A DNA stretch of 64,000 nucleotides, from IMG/VR virus record IMGVR_UViG_3300042090_002370, positions 32,001 to 96,000 of that record; one strand, given 5' to 3'. The first letter of the stretch is position 1. The number at the start of each line of letters is the position of its first letter. Of the stretch, positions 26,380-35,602 are shown in pieces. Origin of the DNA: a virus. A program made the position numbers and the translations under genes. The notes beneath the pieces are model-generated. The model was not told where the DNA came from, did no database searches, and saw only the letters and a program-made list of their open reading frames with translations.

Positions 26380-27248
26380 AGCGCTGGTCCTCTCAGTCCC
26401 CTGCGTAGTTGGCGTGGTGAGTCATCTCGTACACTTGCTGGCTCGCATGTGTAGGCCCAGGGGCAGAACTGGCAGATGACGGTTTCGGTTCGTGGTGGTA
26501 GCTGGTTTCTCGCTGCATGCGCCGTAGCGTCAATGCAGCGATTCTCTACCTCCACCCAGATTTTTGGCTGCCACACCATCAGCCATGGTGCCTGTGAGTT
26601 GGTGTTGTTTTGATTGGACTTGTTCATGTAGAAGAACCAGATGAGCGGAACGTCAAGGCAGGCCATGTAGATGTGCCCCTGACGTATGTGCTGTTCCTCG
26701 GGGACCTTGAGCTTCTCGTACTCGGGAGCGGACTTGCTCTTGATCTCGAGACCAATGCGCAGCACGAGCTCATCTGTGTCTAGGTCGAAGAAGCTGAAAA
26801 TGCCATCGCAGCTGGAGTGGATGTTGTAGTGCGCGGCGATGGCCTGGAATTTCGGGCTCACTGGCGCCTCAGACTCGAACGCCATACGGCAGTTCATCTT
26901 CTCTGCGATGTGCTCCGCGAAGGTTTTGGCCTGCCCGATGACCTGCTGCTTGGCCATCTTGTGGAAGTCCCGCTGCAGCATGTCGTGTATGGCTGAGCCA
27001 ACCTTGAAGCGCTGTTTCCAGAACTTCGAGACGTTGTTCTTCTTGGGCACGTTCATCAGTGAGTAGACGACCTTGCGCAGGCACGGGTAGAGCTCCGAGG
27101 CGTGGATGCCAGGGGCCCTCTCGTGACTGTCCGCTTGGTCGAATGCGATGAACTCGTCGTACATGTCTGAGAGCTGCAGCGCCTGACCTACGCGAAAGGC
27201 TACTTCTTCAGGTGGGCCGTTCAGATCTGCGATTCTGGCTAGCGGCAT
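26376..27248 (-). CDS. Cas4-like PD-(D/E)xK exonuclease
   Basis: ASELYPCLRK, GSAIH, CDG, EIKS, QGHIYM and C-terminal CQFCPWAYTC (1+3 Cys Fe-S pattern). Confidence 0.8.
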   Translation of the reverse strand: MPLARIADLNGPPEEVAFRVGQALQLSDMYDEFIAFDQADSHERAPGIHASELYPCLRKVVYSLMNVPKKNNVSKFWKQRFKVGSAIHDMLQRDFHKMAKQQVIGQAKTFAEHIAEKMNCRMAFESEAPVSPKFQAIAAHYNIHSSCDGIFSFFDLDTDELVLRIGLEIKSKSAPEYEKLKVPEEQHIRQGHIYMACLDVPLIWFFYMNKSNQNNTNSQAPWLMVWQPKIWVEVENRCIDATAHAARNQLPPRTETVICQFCPWAYTCEPASVRDDSPRQLRRGLRGPAL

Positions 27249-27774
27249 AGAGCTCCTTGAGGTCGTTGGAATGGAGGACAGCGAAGCGGTCTTTCAGCTT
27301 CCCAGTACCCTGGGTGAGGAAGTCTATAAACAGTACGGCTAGCTCTCCGTGGGTTGCTTCGCCGGCGATCTTGTAGAGCTCATCGAGCTTGAGGCTGAAG
27401 GACTCGGCTTGTGTGAACTTGGCCTCGATGCGGAGCTCCCCCTTCTTGCGATTGTCCCCCTTCGTCCCGGCTTGGTTGCCGGAGCCAGGCTGCCGGCGGG
27501 CGCCCCACTCCTCTTGGATGTCGAGCTCCTGGCGTAGGGAGGACCGCTGGTTGGACCTGAGGGCCTTCTTGCGCGGTGCCGGGCCTGGGGCGAGTTCGTG
27601 CATCGGCACGTTGGTCTTCTGGCCGTCGCAGTTCATCAGGCAGGTGGAACACAGCGGCTCGGCGTCACCGTAGTGGCCGTCCACGAGCAGCATGAAGCCG
27701 AGGACCCAGACGCCCTCGGCCTTACACTTCGAGCAGATGCCGATTTTCGCTACGGTGTTCAGCGATACGCGCAC
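27208..27774 (-). CDS. PD-(D/E)xK nuclease, Hjc-like resolvase, with N-terminal Zn ribbon
   Basis: GARRQPGSG...KGD...IEAK; CSKC and CSTC. Confidence 0.65.
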   Translation of the reverse strand: MRVSLNTVAKIGICSKCKAEGVWVLGFMLLVDGHYGDAEPLCSTCLMNCDGQKTNVPMHELAPGPAPRKKALRSNQRSSLRQELDIQEEWGARRQPGSGNQAGTKGDNRKKGELRIEAKFTQAESFSLKLDELYKIAGEATHGELAVLFIDFLTQGTGKLKDRFAVLHSNDLKELYAASQNRRSERPT

Positions 27775-29018
27775 TGAACCCCCGCGGCGGTGAGCAGCAT
27801 GCGTCTCAGTAACAGCTCAAGCTCGAAGTCCGCCTTCATCATGTCGACAAGGCGGTCGACACCAGCGAGCTTCTTGAGCCCCTCGAGCGGTTCCATCGTG
27901 GTCGGATTGTAGACGGTGATGTATCCGTCGTCGGCTGCGGCGATGCCCTGTTGCACCAAGGCTTCGACGATCATCTTCTGGTCCTCGGTAAGCTTCTCGA
28001 AGTGGAAGTCGAACTCGCCGGTGACGCCGTCGTGCACGCCAGCCTTCCCCTTCATGATCTCGTAGTTGACAGTCTTGCTGACGGCGACCTTCTTCTGCTT
28101 CTGTTTCTCCTTCTCTTCTGCCTCTGCGGCTGGACCAACGCCCTTCACGACCTCGCGCTCCTTGCTGCCCGGTTTCACTAGGATGTCGATGAGCTTGCCG
28201 TGCTTGGCTGCCCACGCTCCCATCGCGGCGTAGTCGGGCAGGAACTTCTGGATGTGTGCCATGGCCTCTGCCTTCTTGTTGTTGGCGCGCACCTGTGCGG
28301 TGAAGATGACCGTTGTCGGGTTGGGGCCGTAGTAGCCCGTGGTCCCGTTCAGGTAGTGTTGGAAGAAGCGTGTGAGCATGCCAGCGGCCGCGGCCCTCTT
28401 CGCCGGCTCGTCCAGGTCCTTCATGGCGTCGGCCTCAGGGAGGCAGGCGGACACGGAGTCCAGGCAGATGAGGTCGAAGCACTTGGCCTCGAAGCACTTG
28501 AGCATTGACTCCAAGAGCTCTTCACCTGTCGCCCCTCGGAGGATCTTGAGCTCGCCTACTGTATCCGTGCGGAGGCTCTTGAGATCCTCCTTGGTGAAGG
28601 AGGGGAGCCCGCGTCTCTTGAGCTCATCTACGCGCTCTGCGATCATCTCTTCAGGGATGGCGAGCTGTACACCGCAGCGCCGCATCCAGAAGTGGTCAGG
28701 AGCGGCTTCGCTGACCGCGAGCACCTGCGCGGACTGCTTCCCGTATAAGCGCTGGTTCATTGCGAGGTACTTGTAGAGCAAGAAGGTCTTGCCAGTACCG
28801 TCAGGTCCGGACAGGTACGTGAGGCCGCCGGCGGGCAAGCCGCCCCCCGTATCAATGTCTAAGCCGATGATGCCGGAGGGCCGCCTTAGGAAGTACGTGT
28901 TGGGCGCCGTGTCGATGTCAGCCATGACACGAGCGCCCTTCACCTTCGGCTTCTTATTGAGCCGAGCCTCGAGGCCGGCGATCTTTCTTGTAAGTTCGTT
29001 CACCGGCATCCGAGGCAT
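27759..29018 (-). CDS. recA: RecA/UvsX-like recombinase
   Basis: DIDTGGGLPAG, Walker A SGPDGTGKT, LICLDSV, IFTAQVR, GAWAAKH. Confidence 0.85.
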   Translation of the reverse strand: MPRMPVNELTRKIAGLEARLNKKPKVKGARVMADIDTAPNTYFLRRPSGIIGLDIDTGGGLPAGGLTYLSGPDGTGKTFLLYKYLAMNQRLYGKQSAQVLAVSEAAPDHFWMRRCGVQLAIPEEMIAERVDELKRRGLPSFTKEDLKSLRTDTVGELKILRGATGEELLESMLKCFEAKCFDLICLDSVSACLPEADAMKDLDEPAKRAAAAGMLTRFFQHYLNGTTGYYGPNPTTVIFTAQVRANNKKAEAMAHIQKFLPDYAAMGAWAAKHGKLIDILVKPGSKEREVVKGVGPAAEAEEKEKQKQKKVAVSKTVNYEIMKGKAGVHDGVTGEFDFHFEKLTEDQKMIVEALVQQGIAAADDGYITVYNPTTMEPLEGLKKLAGVDRLVDMMKADFELELLLRRMLLTAAGVQCAYR

Positions 29019-29333
29019 CTACTTCTTCTCCGTCTCGAATGGCTCGGTTCCACAGTTGTTGCACGTGAGCGTGGCGCCGTGTCTTGCGACGCGACCACCG
29101 CACTTTGGGCACCCCTGCATGGCCTGCTTCTCGAGTTCTTCTTGATTCGCGCCTTCTTCCACGCCGAATTTTTCCATGGTGTCCTCCGTTCTGAATGTAA
29201 TCCTACGCGGTGTCGCCGTCGGTTCGATATCGTTCGAGCAAGCACCATCGTGATTTGGGTTGAGAATGCAGTACTGCGCCCCTATGTGCGTAGAGAAAGC
29301 CTTGCCGCACAGTTCTACTTTGCGTTCGCCCAT
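29019..29333 (-). CDS. Small zinc-ribbon protein
   Basis: CPKCGG...CNNCGT. Start at 29333, or at 29177 where a GGAGG RBS precedes MEKFG. Confidence 0.6.
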   Translation of the reverse strand: MGERKVELCGKAFSTHIGAQYCILNPNHDGACSNDIEPTATPRRITFRTEDTMEKFGVEEGANQEELEKQAMQGCPKCGGRVARHGATLTCNNCGTEPFETEKK

Positions 29334-31378
29334 GACGGGCCCTTTCCGATGGAGATGGTGAGGGGGACAGCGAGGTCTGTGGGTAGTGGGTGCTGCATCA
29401 GTTCGCTGATCTCTGTCATGCACTCGTCTGCTGTCTCCTCCGGGCACTCGAACATGAGCTCGTCGTGAATCTGGAGGAGCATCTTGCAGCCGTACTTGTA
29501 CTCGAGGTTTGCCTTCGAGACCTTGATCATCGCCATGCGTACGACGTCGGCTGCGGAGCCCTGGATGTTGTTGTTCACTGCCTTCCGCTCTTCGCCCCAC
29601 CGGTCCATCGTGTTGCGTGAGTTGATGCTGGGGTGGAAGCGCCGGCGGCCGAGGACCGTGGACGAGAACCCGGTCTGACGGGCCTCTGTCTTGGCGGATT
29701 CGTAGAAGTCCTCGATGGCCGGGTAGGTCTTGAAGTACCGGTCGATGATGTCGAGCGCTTCGTCCTCGGAGATGCCCAGATCGCGCGCAAGCTTCTTCTC
29801 CTTCATGCCGTAGTTCAGTCCGAAGGAGACGGTCTTGATGGCGTTCCTGGCGAAGACTGCGAGTCGAATCTCCTCGGTGCGGTCGGAGTCGTGGAGCTTG
29901 CCCTCCTTGATGAGCCCGTCGATCTTCTTCGCGTTCTTCAGGAAGTCGTACGTGAGGCGGAAGCCGTACTTCTTGGCGTAGATGTCCCCGTACACTAGCT
30001 CGGCGGAGCCCATATGGATGTCCTTGCCGTCGAGGAAGATCTGAATCATGTCTCGAGCGCCCATGGGATTCTCGGGCGTGACGGTGGCGCAGGCCAGGAG
30101 CCGCATCTCGAGTGCCGCGTAGTCGGCAACGATGAGTGTGTTGCCGCTGTTAGGCTGTGGCTGGAACGCGCCGCGTAGTCTGAACCTGTCCTTGTCGGGC
30201 GTTGGGACGTTCTGCAGGTTAGGATTAGATGAGCTTAGCCGTCCAGTGCGCGCGATGTCTTGGTTGAACCGCGTGTGCATACGGCCGAAGCTGTCGCGGT
30301 GTTGGTCGACGTTGTTGATGTACGTACTGAGGAGCTTCTCCAGCTTTGAATACTCCTCGAGCGCGTCTGCCATAGGGCTCTCCTCGGCGTAGTGCTCGAG
30401 GAACTTTTTGTCGATACTGGCCTTCTTGACGCCGCTCTTGCCGCCCTTGGTCATCATGAGCGGCCGCAACCCCTCCATGTTCAGGAAGTAGTCGCGTTTC
30501 TGCTCGACCGAGTTCGGGTTGAAGTTGACGTTACCTGATAGCTGAACCATCTTCATCTTCAGCTCGTCGAGCGTCCGCTGCATACCGGTACCAAGGTTGG
30601 TCAGGTAGTCCTTGTTGACGTAGACGCCGTTGCGCTCGCAGCCGAAGAGCACCTTGGTGAACGGTACCTCGGTCAGGAAGAACAGGTCGGCCATGGTCGG
30701 CAGCCACTCTGGGTAGAGTGTGTTGAGCCGCTCGTGCTCGAGTTCCTTCCTCAGTTTCTCGTAGATGCATAAGGTGCCGTACGCGTCGTTGGAGGCGTAG
30801 TCGACGAGTTTCTCGAGGTTGTCCTTCTCGAAGCGCTTGAGGAGCTCGTGAATCTCTTCTCGTCGATTGGGGTAAACGAGCTTGCCGGCATTGGTTTTGG
30901 TGGCGCCGACCAGCTTGGGCGGTTTGCTGGTGTCGGGAACCATCTCACGCGGGAACGTGTCGAAGAAGTCGGTCCAGCGCCAGCCGAGGACGCTCTTAGC
31001 CATGTCCTTCAGCTTGTGGGACTCCTCTTCGTAGAGGAGCGCGTGCATAACTTGCGTGTCGGCGCAGTCGCCGGCGAACTGAACACCGACATTGCTCAGC
31101 ATGTGCATGTCGAACTTCGCGTTGGCGAAGACCCAGCGTACTGTCTCGTCCACGAAGGAATCGTGGAAGTATCGCAGCGTTTCAATGGGCATGCAGACAC
31201 GGCGCTGTCCCCAAGACAGCGACCAGAAGAGCGGCATGTCCTTCCACACCACGAGGCCTGTCGTCTCGGTGTCTATAGCGAGGACGTCTTGGTCACGTAC
31301 TTCTCGTACTAAGCCGTCTAGCCGCTCGTCCCCCATGGGGTACCACTCGGCATCCGGCATGTCGATGTTCCAACCCAT
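29315..31378 (-). CDS. polA: Family A DNA polymerase with 3'-5' exonuclease
   Basis: Exo I DTETTG, NAKFD, YASNDA; TGRLSSSNPNLQN; motif A DYAALEMR; motif B KTVSFGLNYG; motif C QIHDEL. AGGAG RBS before ATG 31378. Confidence 0.95.
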   Translation of the reverse strand: MGWNIDMPDAEWYPMGDERLDGLVREVRDQDVLAIDTETTGLVVWKDMPLFWSLSWGQRRVCMPIETLRYFHDSFVDETVRWVFANAKFDMHMLSNVGVQFAGDCADTQVMHALLYEEESHKLKDMAKSVLGWRWTDFFDTFPREMVPDTSKPPKLVGATKTNAGKLVYPNRREEIHELLKRFEKDNLEKLVDYASNDAYGTLCIYEKLRKELEHERLNTLYPEWLPTMADLFFLTEVPFTKVLFGCERNGVYVNKDYLTNLGTGMQRTLDELKMKMVQLSGNVNFNPNSVEQKRDYFLNMEGLRPLMMTKGGKSGVKKASIDKKFLEHYAEESPMADALEEYSKLEKLLSTYINNVDQHRDSFGRMHTRFNQDIARTGRLSSSNPNLQNVPTPDKDRFRLRGAFQPQPNSGNTLIVADYAALEMRLLACATVTPENPMGARDMIQIFLDGKDIHMGSAELVYGDIYAKKYGFRLTYDFLKNAKKIDGLIKEGKLHDSDRTEEIRLAVFARNAIKTVSFGLNYGMKEKKLARDLGISEDEALDIIDRYFKTYPAIEDFYESAKTEARQTGFSSTVLGRRRFHPSINSRNTMDRWGEERKAVNNNIQGSAADVVRMAMIKVSKANLEYKYGCKMLLQIHDELMFECPEETADECMTEISELMQHPLPTDLAVPLTISIGKGPSWANAK

Positions 31379-31390
31379 AGCTCTCCTAGT

Positions 31391-31428
31391 GTGCATGGAA
31401 CCCCGCCCGAAGGCGGGGCTCCGCGCAC
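31391..31428 (-). promoter_or_regulatory. Long cUUCGg-capped RNA hairpin between SSB and the DNA polymerase RBS
   Basis: Minus strand GTGCGCGGAGCCCCGCC-TTCG-GGCGGGGTTCCATGCAC. No U-tract; ends 3 nt before the AGGAG RBS. Confidence 0.7.
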
Positions 31429-31435
31429 GGTGGCC

Positions 31436-32644
31436 TCAGCTTGTCTTGGGGCCGTAGTTGGTGAACGGCTGTGTTCCTGGTGCGCCAGTTACTGGCGTAC
31501 GCCCGGTGGTTGGCGGTGCGGCACCAAATCGAGAGATCTGATACTCCATCGAGTCTGGGGCGTAGCGGGCGACGAGGTCTACGGGTACAGCCATCTCTGC
31601 AAAGTCAGGTGCGACAGGTCGCGGCGGTGACCAACCCATGACTTGTAGCATTTTGGCCTTCTGGCCTGGTACCTCGGTGAGTTGTACGCGAATGTCGACG
31701 TCGAACAGCCCGGCGCGCTTACCAACCTGACCGAGCTTTTCGCATTCTACGCAGATGATCTCTTCGCGAAGTAGGCTCTTCTCGCCGCAGGCCGGGCATT
31801 CGTATGGCCGGTCCGTAAGCTTGTAGATCTCGTCCCATTTCAGTGAGGTGTTGCTCATGTCGATGGCAGGTTCGCCGCAGTGGCGGCAAGCCCAGACGAG
31901 GCTTCGGATAGGCGACTCGGTGCGGCCGTCTGGCTTGAGGTCCATTGTGCGGCAGACGGCGCACGACTGCCCGATGTTGACCTCAGAAGCGATGAGCACT
32001 TGGTTGTGCGTGTAGCTCATCGGCCAGTGGGACATATTGCCGAAGCGTTTCTCCTTACCGGCGCGGCAGGCATCGCAGCCCTGCCCTTGGCATTTTACCC
32101 AGTTGAAGAAAGCCTCACCGGTTTTGTTGTTGATCTTGAGCTGACCAGTAGCATGATCGATGGATTCGAGCTTGTGATACGGGCCATAATCCAGAACGGA
32201 GATCACGTACTTGTCGACACGGCTGATGGTCTTCGATTCGAGTCGGTTGGTCTTTGGGTCACGTACAGCGGTTTCCCAGAAGATGTCGCAGCCTCTGCAT
32301 GGCGCTCTCTTGCTCTTGATGTTGGCGAACGGCCCTGCGCTGCAGATTGCGCTCTTGCCCTTTCCAGTAGGGCTGCCTAGGAAGTGTTCGGTGAACGTGA
32401 TGTAGTCAGCCGGTAATTCTACGAGCTGTACGTCGTCGCCTGTACCGATGGCGTGCTGTTGTAGGTAGTGCCCTGCGATGAGGCGGATGGTGTCGGGGGA
32501 ACCAACAGTGGGCGTGTATTGATCTACGAAGTATGGCAGGCGGCCCTTTGGGCCGCGTGTGACAAGGTCACGGCCGAATGATTGAACAGTTTGGCGTAGT
32601 GAGCCGCCGGCGAGTGCAAGACGAGGATCTTTTCCGAATGCCAT
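31436..32644 (-). CDS. Probable single-stranded DNA-binding protein (gp32-like) with multiple Zn ribbons
   Basis: Lies between primase and polymerase. IRLI...EHF...C...CxxC...YVISVLD pattern; several extra CxxC pairs. Confidence 0.5.
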   Translation of the reverse strand: MAFGKDPRLALAGGSLRQTVQSFGRDLVTRGPKGRLPYFVDQYTPTVGSPDTIRLIAGHYLQQHAIGTGDDVQLVELPADYITFTEHFLGSPTGKGKSAICSAGPFANIKSKRAPCRGCDIFWETAVRDPKTNRLESKTISRVDKYVISVLDYGPYHKLESIDHATGQLKINNKTGEAFFNWVKCQGQGCDACRAGKEKRFGNMSHWPMSYTHNQVLIASEVNIGQSCAVCRTMDLKPDGRTESPIRSLVWACRHCGEPAIDMSNTSLKWDEIYKLTDRPYECPACGEKSLLREEIICVECEKLGQVGKRAGLFDVDIRVQLTEVPGQKAKMLQVMGWSPPRPVAPDFAEMAVPVDLVARYAPDSMEYQISRFGAAPPTTGRTPVTGAPGTQPFTNYGPKTS

Positions 32645-32659
32645 GATAGGACGACCTTT

Positions 32660-33649
32660 CTACTGTGTGCTGGTTGCAACTTGCTTTTGGTACCAAACTC
32701 CGAATGTAACTGCTGTTGTAACAGCGTCTGCTACCTCTTCTGGTGTTAGGTCACTCGGCTGAGGCGCTGCGTATTCTACGAAGCGCACTCCACCAGCGCG
32801 TCCGAGGAGCGCCTCGGCGGCTTTGAGCGTGCCGTTCAAGCCGGCTTCGTTGTTGTCGAGCATCAGGTAGATGGGAACTTCGTGTTTGACGAGCCACCAC
32901 CTCTGCTCTTTTGAAAGGGCGGAGCCGAGTAGGGCGACTACGGTACTTACGCCTGCTTGCGCTACGCGCATAGCGGCCTTGAAGCCCTCCACGACGACGA
33001 TGAAGCGGTCGTTGAAAGGGGTCTTGTCGAGCGCCTCCTTGCATTCACGGGCGTGCCAGATGATGGCCCGCTTTTCGGTCTTCCGTTCTGCCAGACCGAA
33101 GTCCTTGTACTCTTTGTCGTAGACCTTGTAACGGGGTGTGGCGCCTGTGAGGTTTCGTCCGCTGATGCCGACTAGCCGACCTTCCAGATCGCGCAATGGG
33201 AATGTGACGCGTTGATGCAGCTCGTCGAATCCTACGCTGAATGCCTGGCAGACTTCGGGGGAGAACCCTTCGTCGGCCATAAGCTGCGGGTAGTAGTTGA
33301 ATAGGCCTAGTATACCTTCTGGTAGCGGCTCACTTGTTGGTGCTACGGGGTTGAGTGGGTTGCCTGGGTCCGGTATATACTTTGCGACTTCGTCGAGGAT
33401 GCGCTGGTATCCGGCGATAATGTTGGCGTGCGTGAGCCCAATGTTGCGCAGGAAGGTGTAGAAGTTACCACTTGCGTGACAGGAGTGGCAGAACCAGAGG
33501 CCGCTGTTTACGTTGATTGCGAATGACGGGCCGTGCTCCTCGCTGCCATCTAACTTACGATGGAAGGGGCAGATAGCCATCGCGTTTTCATTGCCGGACG
33601 ACTTTACTTTCTTGAGGTATCGCCTAGCGATATCGAGGACCTCGGTCAT
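32660..33649 (-). CDS. dnaG: DnaG-like primase (CHC2 Zn finger + TOPRIM)
   Basis: CPFH...CHSC, FPLRDLEGRLVGISGR, VVEG, LDNNEAG. Confidence 0.85.
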   Translation of the reverse strand: MTEVLDIARRYLKKVKSSGNENAMAICPFHRKLDGSEEHGPSFAINVNSGLWFCHSCHASGNFYTFLRNIGLTHANIIAGYQRILDEVAKYIPDPGNPLNPVAPTSEPLPEGILGLFNYYPQLMADEGFSPEVCQAFSVGFDELHQRVTFPLRDLEGRLVGISGRNLTGATPRYKVYDKEYKDFGLAERKTEKRAIIWHARECKEALDKTPFNDRFIVVVEGFKAAMRVAQAGVSTVVALLGSALSKEQRWWLVKHEVPIYLMLDNNEAGLNGTLKAAEALLGRAGGVRFVEYAAPQPSDLTPEEVADAVTTAVTFGVWYQKQVATSTQ

Positions 33650-35061
33650 GCTGGTTTTACTGCCTTTAGTTGTTCGGCTAGATCCTTGTCATGTGTATCG
33701 GGTTCTGTAGGCTGCCCGCCCTTCTTGCCTTTCTTCGGCTTCTTCTCGTCCTCCCCCTGGTCACCCTCGACAGCTTTCTTGATGTCATGTTCTTGGAGTA
33801 TGGAGTGCTGCGTGAAATTCTTGGCTGGTATGGCGTGGATGCGTATTCCGTGAAGAGCGAACTCGCGACTGCCGCCTACAACCAGGCTGATAGTTGGAGC
33901 CTCCTTGTCGGCAATTACGCGTGCGAACATTGTTGCGTCCTGGCCGACGGCATCCGAGTAGGCGATCTCTCCGCTGCTGGCCTGGCCGTGGCCCTCAGCT
34001 TTACGATTCGCTTGAATTGTGGCGATGATCGGCACGTTCGTGCCGAGGTTCATGTCTCGCAGATCGCGTGAGATATTCATTACGCGCTGGTGGTCGCTTG
34101 TGTGCTTTCTGGAGTCGCTCATGAGATAGAAGCCGTCAACGAACACGATGTCCGGCTCGTACTGTTTGACCTTTGACCTTAACCACGGGACGTTGTCGTT
34201 TCCCGGTCCGACCTCGCGCCCGTTTACTACCTGGATAAGGTTGGCGAGGAATCGGTCGTTACGAAGGTCTTCGAGGAACCGAGCGAACTTGTGCTCGTCG
34301 TTCGGTTCTAGTGGGTTGAACTTAGACATTACGGCCCCGCGGAGCTCTCGGTAGCCGAAGAACAAGATACAGGCGAGCGTTCTCAAGTAAACGTTGTCTG
34401 GTGTCATCTCTTTCGTGTAGACGACAACACGCTTCTGTTCGTGGAATGCCCAGGACAGAAGGTATGCAAGTACCCAGGTCTTCATCGACTTGGGTCTGCC
34501 GTAGAATACGATGAAGTCATCCGGTTGCAGACCGAAGGTCTCTGCTTGCAGCGCGGGCCATGGCCAGCGCATTTTGGCGAAGTCGCGCCCCTCTTTCGCC
34601 CACTCTTTACGCTGCCACGCACTCTCCACCCCCTGTAAAATGGACATGTCTGTGTTGGCCGCGCAGCCGAGTGCCTGATACGTCTGCAGCTTTGACTGCA
34701 GTTCGCTGATTGGACCCATCGGATCGACTTGCGGTAGGGACATCGCCTGCGAGAATTTTACGGCATCCCTCTCGCATTGCGCTCGTACGCGCTGTCGGCG
34801 CACCTCACTACAGAGCCCTTTGATGCTGGTCCCGGGCATGTCGTCGCCCATGCTGAAGTCCATCTGGTGGTGCGCACTCAGTGTGGACGTGTCTATTATG
34901 GACCCTGCTGTACGCGGGTCTGTGTAGTAGCTGAAGATAGAAGTCCAAAGCACTCTCGCTTCGTCAGAGATGAAGTCGTCTGCTGTGATCCCGAATGAAA
35001 GAGCTGTTTCGATGTCACGAGATTTCAGAACGCGATAGCACAACGCCATTTGGTAGCTCAT
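33646..35061 (-). CDS. dnaB: DnaB-like replicative helicase
   Basis: GLQPDD, Walker A GRPKSMKT, EM, VFVDG, ISRDLR, QANR, YSDAVGQDA. Confidence 0.85.
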   Translation of the reverse strand: MSYQMALCYRVLKSRDIETALSFGITADDFISDEARVLWTSIFSYYTDPRTAGSIIDTSTLSAHHQMDFSMGDDMPGTSIKGLCSEVRRQRVRAQCERDAVKFSQAMSLPQVDPMGPISELQSKLQTYQALGCAANTDMSILQGVESAWQRKEWAKEGRDFAKMRWPWPALQAETFGLQPDDFIVFYGRPKSMKTWVLAYLLSWAFHEQKRVVVYTKEMTPDNVYLRTLACILFFGYRELRGAVMSKFNPLEPNDEHKFARFLEDLRNDRFLANLIQVVNGREVGPGNDNVPWLRSKVKQYEPDIVFVDGFYLMSDSRKHTSDHQRVMNISRDLRDMNLGTNVPIIATIQANRKAEGHGQASSGEIAYSDAVGQDATMFARVIADKEAPTISLVVGGSREFALHGIRIHAIPAKNFTQHSILQEHDIKKAVEGDQGEDEKKPKKGKKGGQPTEPDTHDKDLAEQLKAVKPA

Positions 35062-35097
35062 TCACCCTCCGTGGACGCGTAATCTGTATGCGACGCC

Positions 35098-35106
35098 CTT
35101 ATTCCG
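35098..35106 (-). promoter_or_regulatory. Phage-specific promoter motif P3 (CGGAATAAG)
   Basis: SGGRATAAG copy 36 nt upstream of the helicase ATG; heads the 11.5 kb replication operon. Confidence 0.75.
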
Positions 35107-35134
35107 CCAACGCGAGACAATGTGCAGCCCCGCG

Positions 35135-35160
35135 GAGCTAAAAAAAGGCGGCGCAGGCCG
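35135..35160 (-). terminator. Terminator T4: short hairpin + TTTTTTT + AGCTC
   Basis: CGGC/GCCG stem, U7 tract, AGCT; embedded in a larger structured intergenic region. Confidence 0.65.
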
Positions 35161-35269
35161 GACCGTCAACATGGCTCCGTTTTCGAAGCCATGTCAACGT
35201 GCCGAAGCCCCTTTTTTCTCGTGTCTTGTGGTGGCCCACAGCCGTAGCCACTAGGGGTTGTGGACGAGC

Positions 35270-35602
35270 TCAGACCTGCTCGGCGCCGCTTTCTCCGAGG
35301 TGGTCGCCGAGCCCTGTTGGGGGTTGTGCGCCGCCCCTTTGAGCGGTGACAGTATTGGCAGTGAGCTCGCCACCGCTCTCGAGGTGCTTCATGCCAAGGT
35401 CGAGCTCCATCATCTCACGCAGCTCCTTCAGCTTTGCGATGGTGGGTGGGGACCATGTGCTGTTGGTGGTCCACCCGTGCGTCTCCCCTGTCTTGGAGTC
35501 GACGAAGGCGGCCTTGGCCTTGAACTCCAATGTGGGGCCTAGGAAGACTGCTGTGAACTCGCCGACGGCCACGCCGTCAAACTTCGTGACTCCCTTGATC
35601 AT
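35270..35602 (-). CDS. Hypothetical protein
   Basis: 110 aa, translationally coupled (ATGA) to the upstream gene. Confidence 0.7.
   Translation of the reverse strand: MIKGVTKFDGVAVGEFTAVFLGPTLEFKAKAAFVDSKTGETHGWTTNSTWSPPTIAKLKELREMMELDLGMKHLESGGELTANTVTAQRGGAQPPTGLGDHLGESGAEQV

Noticed and set aside
26376-27248. CRISPR-Cas system suggested by the Cas4-like gene
   Set aside because: No cas1/cas2 or repeat-spacer array seen; solo Cas4-like nucleases are common in phage replication modules.
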